Below are positions 57,101 through 64,000 of a stretch of DNA of 64,000 bases, piece after piece; position 1 is the stretch's first letter, and the number at the start of each line of letters is the position of its first letter. Location of the stretch: assembly GCA_021831565.1 (NCBI GenBank), contig JAKBMM010000009.1:3605-67604 (forward strand), in the 5' to 3' direction. This stretch comes from Planctomycetota bacterium (GTDB taxonomy: Bacteria > Planctomycetota > Phycisphaerae > WQYP01). A model generated the notes under the pieces. It was not told the DNA's origin. It saw only the letters and a list, made by a program, of their open reading frames with translations, and made no database searches. The translations under genes were made by a program, and so were the position numbers.

Positions 57101-57210
57101 GGCGCCACCGTGAAGTTGGACATGCAGGCCCGCTGGCCGTCGAAAATGTCCACGACAGAGCGGACGGCTTCAAGCTGGTAGTCGAGGTTGGAATCGAATT
57201 GGAGTTTCAC
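54178..57210 (-). CDS. res: Type III restriction enzyme Res subunit (SF2 helicase plus PD-(D/E)xK nuclease)
   Basis: Motif I METGTGKTYVY, motif II VIIDEPQS, and C-terminal nuclease YHPDWAVLVEMDG...YFVVESKG. Probable GTG start at 57210 (VKLQFDSNLDYQ) preceded by GGGAG. The track ORF starts at 57276. Confidence 0.9.
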   Translation of the reverse strand: MKLQFDSNLDYQLEAVRSVVDIFDGQRACMSNFTVAPLETNEDSGGLFAGARPNDLGIGNRLTLLDDELLKNVQAIQMRNGLKPADKLGSMDFSVEMETGTGKTYVYLRTIFELHQKYGFTKFIIVVPSVAIKEGVHKSLAITAGHFKGLYENVPFDYFVYDSQKLGQVRNFATSDGIQIMVINIDAFRKSFDDPEKENKANIIHRPQDRMAGNRPIEFIRATNPMVIIDEPQSVDTTETSKKAIASLNPLCTLRYSATHVDQYNMMYRLDSVDAYERKLVKQIEVASIEVADSHNRPYIRLCGVDNTASPITARIELDVQLRRGGVKRQKKTVRQGDDLMQISGGRGFYEGYIVQDIYCEPGKECINFTSKPETVYVGQAIGEVDQDEYKRLQIRKTIEEHLEKELTLHPRGIKVLSLFFIDRVANYRVYDETGNAKPGKYALMFEEEYDRAIQRPKYRKLFDGAAPANAQGVHDGYFAVDKKGGREVLKDSTGEGRTQADESAYQLIMRDKEKLLSFDSRLKFIFSHSALKEGWDNPNVFQICTLNETNSVMRKRQEIGRGLRIAVDQQGNRVQGFEVNRLTVMANESYEDFARQLQKEIEAEEGIRFGVVEKHMFANIVVAMEGDKPQYMGAEASAQLCEHLQKLGHIDEKGKIQDSLRKALNEGTVDIPPAMAPQAPQILAALKKAAGRLNIQNAADRKRVTLNKRVYLSEEFKQLWDRIKYKTTFRVQFDSAALIAKCASEIAAMPSVGKARFVFRRGQAQIDRGGVQMKEIEQSVHVYDARDYQLPDIISYLEEQTHLTRRSLVEILLQSGRLDEFKNNPQKFAESVAQIIIRVMRLFIVDGIKYEKIGDGYFYAQELFEKEEISAYLNANMIQSAKSIYEQVVYDSEVEHEFARQFELSSQVKVYAKLPSWFPIATPLGEYHPDWAVLVEMDGQERLYFVVESKGSIFTDAIRPTEQAKIDCGKKHFAALNSGVQFTKADNFQSFMESVTVCPAASTPTGGVQ

Positions 57211-57321
57211 GTGGCTCCCACAAGGATCTCGGCTTCCGCTAAAACCCGGCGTGCCACCTCCACACATCTGCGGCATAGCGCTGGTTCCGGCGGGCCATGT
57301 GGCACGACCGATGGCGTAGGA

Positions 57322-57630
57322 TCAATGCTCATAAACAACCTCGCCCTTTTTAATTTCCTCAAGGAACGAGCCATGCGCATCCACTGGACGAACAGGAATC
57401 ACATCCAGGGGAATGTGATCCGCCACAGGCCGCAGCAGTTTACGATATTTCAATGCCAGCGGCAGATATGTTTCATCGCTGTCCTGGAAAATCGCCACAT
57501 CGAGATCTTGCGGATCGTCGCTGGTCAGAAAAGATCCAAAGATCATCACTTTTCTCACTTCAGTCTGGCCTGCCAGGCACGCCGCCAATTCCCGCTTGAT
57601 TTTTCGCTTTTCGATTTCGGTAAGTTTCAT
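57322..57630 (-). CDS. Minimal nucleotidyltransferase (MNT-type, pol-beta superfamily)
   Basis: 102 aa. GS-x9-D-x-D motif VMIFGSFLTSDDPQDLDVAIF. Confidence 0.8.
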   Translation of the reverse strand: MKLTEIEKRKIKRELAACLAGQTEVRKVMIFGSFLTSDDPQDLDVAIFQDSDETYLPLALKYRKLLRPVADHIPLDVIPVRPVDAHGSFLEEIKKGEVVYEH

Positions 57631-57647
57631 GGCGTACTCCTTTTGGG

Positions 57648-59573
57648 CTATTCTAACCGCGAAAACTCCAGTGGGGGCGTCGCATTTGAAACAATATACG
57701 CCTGTTGGGGGTGGGCCGGGTTATTCGGATAGACGTACACGAGTTCGCCCCGGCGGATCATGGGGGTAAGGTGCGTTCGTGTTATATAGATTTGCTTACG
57801 GCCGAGGTAGCGTGCGATCTGCTCGGCTCTCAGGGGCTTCCAGGCGCACAAACGTCGGATGACCATCCGTAGCTCGGCTGGGCCGGCTCGCTGGCGCAGC
57901 CCTCGTACCACCTCGGCAAGCTCATCAGGTAAGCCCTCCGGGTTGCCGGGGAACCCAGTGGATGTTGCGGCCAACCCCTGCGCTTGCGCTTTAAGCGCAG
58001 GGGTTAACCCCTGCGCTTGCGCCTTAAGCGCAGGGGTTAACCCTTGCGCTTGCGGCTGTGACGGACCGGCCAAGGGCGCAGTTTCCGTCAACCGTGGCGT
58101 GGGCACGTAAAATGTGCCGGCGCTCTTTCCTTTTTGCTCCAACAGCCCCAAGACCCGGAGCCGTCTTAAATGCCCACTTGCAACCAGCGTCTCCACCCGG
58201 TTGATGTCCCTATAGGCGGCATTGTTAATCGCCCCAATTTCTCGCGCAAATACCAGCGCCTTTTGCTCATCCTCGGACAGCGCGGCGTCCGCAAATTGCC
58301 CCAACCAGCGTACATCCTCCTCGTTCAGGAAATGATGGAAGAGGAACGTGACAACAAAACAATCTTTCTGGCGATCCGACTCAAACGTCGGCGGGGTCAA
58401 ACTCGCCTGGGCCATGGATTCGCGCATCGCCCGAATACCGCTGCCTTTCGTTTCGGCGTAGCGGGTCTCGTGCAACACGGCGGCAATCTTTTCGTTCCGC
58501 GTAATCGATCCTGGTTCGCCCAGCCGCTCATCGGGCACCAGCGAATGCCCCGGATTGCGAACCTCCAGTCGATTCGCATACCGAATGATCTGAACCGGCG
58601 ATTTGTGCCGGTAACTCCGGTGCATCACGGCGTTGACCAAAGCTTCGCGGATCGCCGTACGCGGCACCAATGGAACATCCTGCCGGCGCACGCTATTGGC
58701 CGGTAGGTGGAATGCCTTGGGGATGTCGTCCAGCACTGTATTGAGCGCCCGCGGCAATGCGAGCATGATCGGATCGAGGATTTCCACCGTGTCAAACCGG
58801 CTTTCCGGATCGCGAACCCATTACCGTCCGGGCACGCGAATGTAATCCACCCGCATCAGTGGGAATACGCGGCGAATGGCTGCACGTTTTCCAAACAGCA
58901 ATACGCCTGCAACAGTGGGCAGAAGCTTGTCTCCGCGCCGGTCAGCGCCGCACAAACTCAGCAGTAATTCGTTATCGGCGTAGCCCAGTTCCGGCGCATT
59001 GGGGTTGGCTTCGGCCCGAATGCGCCGGTACTCTGCGATAGCCGCCGGGTCCAGGTCATCGAGAGCGCAGTTTTCAACAATGCTTTCGTCCAAGCTGCGA
59101 TGGTCACGCCCCTGATACAGAGCCTGCAAATCGTCATCCGTACAAACCTGATCCGTTGCGCCGATACGGCGAAATGATCCCCGCGGCAACCCCTTGCTCC
59201 GGAAATATACCGGCTTGTCATGTGCCGGCGCTTCCGGCACATGAACGACCAGCACGACCTTATTATCCGGACGAATTTCCGTTTCCACCTGCGGCCGCAC
59301 AGCAATATTGAATACACTGGAACATTGGCTGATCAGATCGGCCTGCACCTTGTCGGGCTGCGGCACGCCCACGACTTCATAGTCGGGGAACAACGCCTCA
59401 GACATACGCCGTACACCCAACAGAATGTATCCCCCGCCGCGCCCTGGTTCGTTGGACATGGCGCAGACGGTCTCCAGCAGTGAGTTTCCAACGTCCCGGC
59501 TGGTCTTTGCCTCAATCTCAACGGTTTCGTCCCCGTCGTGAAGACGCTTAAATAATTCTGCGAATGTCATCAT
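57648..59573 (-). pseudogene. AlbA_2 (Schlafen-like) plus HATPase_c_4 plus winged-helix protein, interrupted by one in-frame TAA
   Basis: ORFs 58821-59651 and 57648-58787 are in the same frame, separated only by TAA at 58821-58823. Read-through gives ...YIRVPGR*WVRDPESRFDTVEILDP... The N-terminal part has AlbA_2-like ETVEIEAKTS...CAMSNEPGRGGGYILLGV. The C-terminal part has HATPase_c_4-like EALVNAVMHRSY. Confidence 0.7.
57973..58055. repeat. 2.5 tandem copies of a 33-bp palindromic unit inside the AlbA_2/HATPase gene
   Basis: Unit AACCCCTGCGCTT-GCGC(T/C)TT-AAGCGCAGGGGTT has 13-nt arms and a 7-nt loop. Copies at 57973-58005 and 58006-58038, with a partial copy to 58055. It is in frame (11 codons) and encodes AQGLTPALKAQ repeats. 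Confidence 0.95.
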
Positions 59574-59660
59574 GTCGTCAGACTCTGGGTTATATCCTGA
59601 ACAATTCCGAATGCACTTTCCGCCAAAGCTGTGCTGTGCTTCGGCAAGCAACCATACCTT

Positions 59661-61691
59661 CTACAGCGCCCTGACGTCCTCAATGCCGTGCTGTTTTAGA
59701 ATCTGCACGGCGTTGGTCTTGAGTTCGTCGTTGTTGGCAAAACCGGCATCCTTGAACACCACGCGCATGCCGGGCGGAGTTTCCGGTTTGAATTCGTCCT
59801 TTAGCGCGGCGATCTGCTCAACCACCGGCAGAGTCATGTTCATGGCCAGGCAAACCACCAAGTTGCCGCCGCCGATGATGTGGACGGTTTTGCCGCCGAT
59901 CTCGCGTTTCTCAATGGGCAGGGTCAAGTCCAGACCGTATTTGAGAAGAATTTCGTAAAGCACGTCGGCTTCGCTGCGTTCGGGTTTGATCGGTTCGGTG
60001 ACGTTTAACAGCGAATGTTCAAGCTTATTGAAATCAGGGTCCCAGGTTTTAATATTGCTGGAAGCGAGTTTGAAAACTTTGAAGCCACGGTCAAGTTCAC
60101 GCGGAGCCGCGGAGTCCGCAGAGGAAAACAATGCTGGATTTTGCGTTTCCTTGGCGGTGGTTTTGGCATCTTCCTCGTTGAGTTTTTTAATGACCCGGCG
60201 GATGCGTTCCTTGCCAATGTCGGCGATGGTTTTGTAACCCGCCTTGAAGGCTTCGGAATTTTTATCACACGGTTCCGGCAGTTGAACCATGATGAATTTG
60301 CGGCTGCCGCCATCCTGTTTGTTCAGGTCGAGAACGGCGTGCGCGGTGGTGCAGGAACCGGAGAAAAAATCGAGGATGATTGCTCCTTTGTCGCCGGCGA
60401 ACTCAACTATTTTCTTCAGGACCGTTTCGTCTTTGGGATTCTCGAACCAGTCGCCGCCCAGTAATTCACGCAGACGCTTCGTGGCGGCTCGCCCATCCTG
60501 GTAAAAGACACTGTAGGGAACTTCCTCCTCGCGTTCGGCCAAATAGGATTTTATACAGGGGACGGAATCTTCGGTTTCACCGAAGTGAACACGGTCCTCT
60601 TTAATCCACTGCGCCATCTTAGCGGGGTCGCTGGTCATCCAACCCCGTGATGGGATTCGCACGGGCTTGCCGGTACTCGGGTGCAACACCTCATAATTTG
60701 GCCCGCCACCGCCGGGCCAGGAAATGTCGGCGGCAAAGTAGATTCCCCGCTGATCAACGCAACAGTAATGGCGATGGGCCTTTGCCGCGTGGGTTTCAGG
60801 GAGGCCGGCAAACCATTGTTTGAGTCCATTTTCCACCGCCTTGTTGTCCGCCCTGTACGCCTTCCTTAGACGAGCGTAGGCGGCGTAAATTTCGTCCAAT
60901 CCGCCTTTGCGTTGCCGCCAGATGATGTCATTCTCCCGCAGGTGCTCCACGTCCCGCACGTAGGCAAGAATATACTCGTGCGATACAGAAATATATTTCG
61001 AATCGTTTTTACGGCCTGCGGACCAGACCATGTCGGCAATGAAGTTCTCCTCGCCCAAGACCTCATCGGCAAGCTTGCGCAGGTTGGGATGCTCGGTTTC
61101 GTCAATCGAAATGAAAATCACGCCGTCATCGCGCAGCAGATTTCTGGCCAGTTTCAGGCGGGGATACATCATGTTGAGCCAATCGGTGTGGTAGCGGCCT
61201 GATGTTTCCGCATTGGTGGAAAGCTTGCGGCCTTCGGTGTCGGTTTGGCCGGTCAGTTCCATGTAATTCTTGATGCTGTCGCGGAAGTTGTCCGGGTAAA
61301 TGAACTCCTTGCCGGTGTTGTACGGCGGGTCGATGTAAATCATCTTGATCTTTTTATAGTACGACTTCTGGAGCAGTTTGAGCACCTCCAGATTGTCGCC
61401 TTCGATGAACAGATTTTGCGTGGTGTCCCAATTGACCGATTCGTCCGGGCAGGGACGTAGAGTGCCCATACTGGGCGTCTGGGCAATCCGGCGGGCCTGG
61501 GATTTGCCGTTCCAGGTGAAGCTGTAGCGTTCGTTGGCATCGTCCACGTATTCGCCGAGAAGCTGCTTGAGCGCGTCAAAATCAATCTTCCCTTCGGCAA
61601 ACACTTCCGGAAAAATCTCTTTGAGTCGAGCGATATTTTCCGCCAGGATGTCCTTGGAGCCGCCGTCGGTGGTGGGAGAGAGTTTTTGCAT
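59661..61691 (-). CDS. mod: Type III R-M Mod subunit (beta-class N6-adenine DNA methyltransferase)
   Basis: Motif IV IYIDPPYNTG precedes motif I ILDFFSGSCTTAHAV. N-terminus ...ILAENIARLKEIFPEVF is typical of Mod. Start taken at MQKLS (61691). Confidence 0.9.
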   Translation of the reverse strand: MQKLSPTTDGGSKDILAENIARLKEIFPEVFAEGKIDFDALKQLLGEYVDDANERYSFTWNGKSQARRIAQTPSMGTLRPCPDESVNWDTTQNLFIEGDNLEVLKLLQKSYYKKIKMIYIDPPYNTGKEFIYPDNFRDSIKNYMELTGQTDTEGRKLSTNAETSGRYHTDWLNMMYPRLKLARNLLRDDGVIFISIDETEHPNLRKLADEVLGEENFIADMVWSAGRKNDSKYISVSHEYILAYVRDVEHLRENDIIWRQRKGGLDEIYAAYARLRKAYRADNKAVENGLKQWFAGLPETHAAKAHRHYCCVDQRGIYFAADISWPGGGGPNYEVLHPSTGKPVRIPSRGWMTSDPAKMAQWIKEDRVHFGETEDSVPCIKSYLAEREEEVPYSVFYQDGRAATKRLRELLGGDWFENPKDETVLKKIVEFAGDKGAIILDFFSGSCTTAHAVLDLNKQDGGSRKFIMVQLPEPCDKNSEAFKAGYKTIADIGKERIRRVIKKLNEEDAKTTAKETQNPALFSSADSAAPRELDRGFKVFKLASSNIKTWDPDFNKLEHSLLNVTEPIKPERSEADVLYEILLKYGLDLTLPIEKREIGGKTVHIIGGGNLVVCLAMNMTLPVVEQIAALKDEFKPETPPGMRVVFKDAGFANNDELKTNAVQILKQHGIEDVRAL

Positions 61692-62127
61692 AAGCGTTTC
61701 CCGATAATGCGACGCATCCAACCGCCGAGGCGCCGCGGGCGCAGAGGGGAAAGGGCAACAGCCGGAGCCGTCATGATCCCCGGCTATCCCGGCAATCCAC
61801 CGCCACTACTCCGCCGGCGGCCCAGCTTGGGGAAAATGATACCGCGATTCAAGGGCGGATGCATTGTACCGCAGGCCCGCCCGCCCTCACCACACACTCA
61901 AACTACACCCACGAAACGCCGTGGGCATCTCCCCGCCGTCCACAAGCTTCCGAGTTAGGCTGGAGAATAGGGCGATGGTGCCGGAAGCGCGTTCATTTGC
62001 GGATCGGCGGCGATTTCGTTTTTAACCATTTCCCGCGCAATGTATTTGATAATGAGGAGGGCTGCCTCGCAATATTCAACGTCGCTGTATTCGTCGGCAA
62101 CAAGGGACGGCCCGATTTTGAAGGGGG
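61648..62127. repeat. Direct repeat copy 1 (~480 bp): mod 5' end, 263-nt leader and 3' end of the upstream ORF
   Basis: Aligns with 62816-63299 (offset 1168-1172). Near-identical through the mod start and leader. More diverged in the upstream-gene part (protein level ...PSL(V/I)AD...DVE.CEAA...IKYIAREMVKNEIAADPQMNALPAPSP). Confidence 0.85.
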
Positions 62128-62188
62128 CCAGGTATGGCGTCGCGCCGTGACATAACCCGCTCTGCGGCGCACGATCAAAAAATGCCAT
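61955..62188 (-). CDS. Short ORF, truncated paralog of the C-terminus of the 63127-64000 gene
   Basis: 77 aa from ATG 62188. The last ~55 aa are homologous to the C-terminus of the HEPN-like protein but lack its RNAIAH motif. The start overlaps the stop of the preceding small ORF by 14 nt. Confidence 0.4.
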   Translation of the reverse strand: MAFFDRAPQSGLCHGATPYLAPFKIGPSLVADEYSDVEYCEAALLIIKYIAREMVKNEIAADPQMNALPAPSPYSPA

Positions 62189-62333
62189 GGTGGATGAGGC
62201 TGCGCAGCAGCGCCTCAAGCTTCGCGAGTTGACCGGGCCTGACCCTGCCGCCCAGCGTAAAATCATCCGCTGGGATAAGAATATCGCCGGATTGCGTGTC
62301 GATCCAAGGATATTCCGGGTTGGGATTCTCCAT
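62175..62333 (-). CDS. Small hypothetical ORF (52 aa)
   Basis: MENPNPEYPWIDTQSGDILIPADDFTLGGRVRPGQLAKLEALLRSLIHHGIF. Codon third positions look more GC-rich than in the overlapping frame. It may instead be the frameshifted 3' part of the 62263-62730 ORF. Confidence 0.3.
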   Translation of the reverse strand: MENPNPEYPWIDTQSGDILIPADDFTLGGRVRPGQLAKLEALLRSLIHHGIF

Positions 62334-62730
62334 GCGCGCCGCACTTGGCGCAAAGGCCACCAGCAAGCTCCTTCGCCTTCCGCCATGTCCCCCAGCCCTT
62401 GGGGAGCTGAAGCTGGCCGAACTCCTCCGGACGGATCAGGGCGATGGCAGAGGGAAACCGGAGTTTGTTCTGCGGCGAGGGACCGAACCGATAGGGGTGA
62501 ATCTCACCGTCCGGGCTGGTGGGAATTTCGGAGGTCAATTCCAGTAATCGCACTTCCTTATCGGCGGGGAACCAATATACGGTGGTAATTGAAGGATCGG
62601 CCTCCTGATTGTCCTTCACCAACATTCGGGCTTGATCTTCAATTTTATTTCTTCGTGGCACGGCTTTTAACTTCCCGGCGCTTGCCGTCGAATACATCCG
62701 CCCCCGCCCATTGCGCTTCAGGTTTACCAT
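62263..62730 (-). CDS. Hypothetical ORF driven by the second copy of the mod leader
   Basis: 155-aa ORF. The central part (DPSITTVYWFPADKEVRLLELTSEIPTSPDGEIHPYRFGPSP...) looks protein-like. The last ~35 codons have AT-rich third positions and overlap the 62175-62333 ORF. Confidence 0.35.
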   Translation of the reverse strand: MVNLKRNGRGRMYSTASAGKLKAVPRRNKIEDQARMLVKDNQEADPSITTVYWFPADKEVRLLELTSEIPTSPDGEIHPYRFGPSPQNKLRFPSAIALIRPEEFGQLQLPKGWGTWRKAKELAGGLCAKCGAHGESQPGISLDRHAIRRYSYPSG

Positions 62731-62815
62731 ATTGTAGCGCCTCTACCGGAAGAAATAGCCTGTGGAATATGTTAGCCCGCCGGCGTGGTGGCGGCAAGCA
62801 TTTCCTGGGAGCCGC

Positions 62816-63299
62816 ATGTCCTGGGAGCCGCCGTCGGTGGTGGAGGTGAGTTTTTGCATAAGCGTTTCCCGATAATGCGACGCATCCAACCGCCGAGGAC
62901 GCCGCGGGCGCAGAGGGGAAAGGACAACAGCCGGAGCCGTCGTCATGTCCCCGGCTATCCCGGCTATCCACCGCCACCGCCGCGCCGGCGGCCCAGCTTG
63001 GGGAAAATGATACCGCGATTCAAGGGCGGATGCATTGTACCGCAGGCCCGCCCACCCTCACCAAACACCCAACCTGCACCCACGAAACGCCGTGGGGCAT
63101 CTCCCCGCCGTCCACGAGCTTCCGAGTTAGGCTGGAAAACAGGGCGATGGTGCCGGAAGCGCGTTCATTTGCGGATCGGCGGCGATTTCGTTTTTAACCA
63201 TTTCCCGCGCAATGTATTTGATAACGGGGATGGCCGCCTCGCATTTTTCTACATCAGCGCACTGGTCGGCTATAAGCGACGGCTCGGTTTGGAAGGGAT
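62816..63299. repeat. Direct repeat copy 2 (~480 bp), containing a truncated mod 5' fragment
   Basis: Carries ATGCAAAAACTC... (MQKLTSTTDGGS). It then diverges from mod after about 12 codons and terminates at 62743. The leader and upstream-gene 3' end are as in copy 1. Confidence 0.85.
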
Positions 63300-64000
63300 C
63301 GATGTGGGCGATGGCATTGCGAGCGGTTTCCCTAAAACCATCACACACATCCGTGAATTTTTTACCGAGATAGGGCGCGAACGCTTCCTCATCGAGCGAA
63401 TATCCGGTGTAGGTATGCGGGATTCTCTCCGGCGGCGTGTGCGGAAGCCTGCCGGCAGCTTTTTCGCGCCTGCAACGGACGGCCCGTATCTTTCCAACTG
63501 CCTCGACCACTTTATAAAAGCAAAGGAATTGGAAGAAAATGTTGTTTGAGGAGAGCGCTTCCCGATAGGACGAAAATATCTGGCGCCAAATTGGTGTTAA
63601 TGGCCACAGCTTTGTTATGCCAATTTCTATGACTTTTGGCTTTCCGAGACACCCGACAATCAGCCTTATCGATTTCGTTCTCTCTTCTGTGATGTGGCAA
63701 GCCATGACGCCGATGCCAACGTCTTGGGAATAGCTCCACCAGCTCAATTGAGGCAAGACGAGGTTGTAAGCGGTACGGTAGGCTTCTTGGAAATTGGCGG
63801 CCTGTACTGTCATATCGGCGTGCGAGATTTCATTTGCGTCATTCGTTCCGAACAAAATGGATGCCGCCCGAGTTGAGCTTCTCGGGTCGAGGCAGAGATC
63901 GACACGCATGCCGCCATCGGGCGGAACCGCGGCTTTCAGTGGGGACTTGCCCAAATCGGGTATTTTCACCACGTCGATTGTGGAAAAGAATTCTTCTTGG
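63127..64000 (-). CDS. HEPN-like protein (RNxxxH motif), 5' end may lie beyond the window
   Basis: The frame is open to the window edge (GTG at 63972 is the first start seen). Helical C-terminal half with FFQFLCFYKVVEAVGK and FRETARNAIAHIDP (R-N-x3-H, the HEPN active-site pattern). Confidence 0.5.
   Translation of the reverse strand, partial: QEEFFSTIDVVKIPDLGKSPLKAAVPPDGGMRVDLCLDPRSSTRAASILFGTNDANEISHADMTVQAANFQEAYRTAYNLVLPQLSWWSYSQDVGIGVMACHITEERTKSIRLIVGCLGKPKVIEIGITKLWPLTPIWRQIFSSYREALSSNNIFFQFLCFYKVVEAVGKIRAVRCRREKAAGRLPHTPPERIPHTYTGYSLDEEAFAPYLGKKFTDVCDGFRETARNAIAHIDPFQTEPSLIADQCADVEKCEAAIPVIKYIAREMVKNEIAADPQMNALPAPSPCFPA

Noticed and set aside
61340-61774. 144-aa ORF (MTAPAVALSPLRPRR...) overlapping the mod start. 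Its copy-2 counterpart (62743-62946) is in frame with the MQKL start.
   Set aside because: A 1-nt indel difference between the two leader copies changes the frame relationship, and the peptide is Arg/Pro-rich. Type III Mod proteins typically begin close to the MQKLS...NIARLKEIFPEVF region, so I do not extend mod upstream.

Overview
GC-rich bacterial chromosomal segment, roughly 60-65% GC by eye. The gene content suggests a PVC-type organism (Planctomycetota/Verrucomicrobiota-like). That inference rests on a PEP-CTERM protein, a BlaR1-like protein with many CarboxypepD_reg-like repeats, a sulfatase-like enzyme, several Gfo/Idh/MocA plus xylose-isomerase-like TIM-barrel genes, and McsAB. I can support about 60 protein-coding genes, one tRNA-Glu(UUC) and one SAM-I riboswitch with its terminator.

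Most of the window is housekeeping: ruvC, ispF, efp, recA, mlaEF, maf, dus, a GT9 heptosyltransferase, and mntR/mntH. Many of the long ORFs in the six-frame track are antisense shadow ORFs typical of high-GC DNA, and I rejected them.

Features that are not ordinary:
1. A family of hairpin-rich MITE-like repeats is present in four copies. They carry GTAACCGTTCACG terminal inverted repeats, and one copy has a perfect 8-bp target-site duplication. The copies bracket gene cassettes.
2. A SAM-I riboswitch controls a threonine-synthase-like gene. It is followed by a ThiS/MoaD-type GG-terminated sulfur carrier, a small NIL/ACT-like protein, a ThiF-type E1 and a class-V aminotransferase. This suggests a protein-thiocarboxylate route to homocysteine.
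3. A lower-GC type III R-M island at 54.2-64.0 kb has two extra genes between mod and res. One is an AlbA_2/HATPase_c_4 gene interrupted by one in-frame TAA and carrying a 33-bp palindromic tandem repeat. The other is an orphan MNT nucleotidyltransferase. A HEPN-like (RNxxxH) gene sits upstream. A ~480-bp direct duplication covers the mod 5' end, its leader and the 3' end of the upstream gene.
4. Nine perfect TCTCTGC heptamers lie inside an SD-preceded upstream ORF in front of the PEP-CTERM gene.
5. There are two unusual domain fusions: sulfatase-like plus sulfotransferase, and methyltransferase plus MsrB.

All calls come from reading motifs by eye. No searches were run, so family assignments are recollection-based and start codons are provisional.
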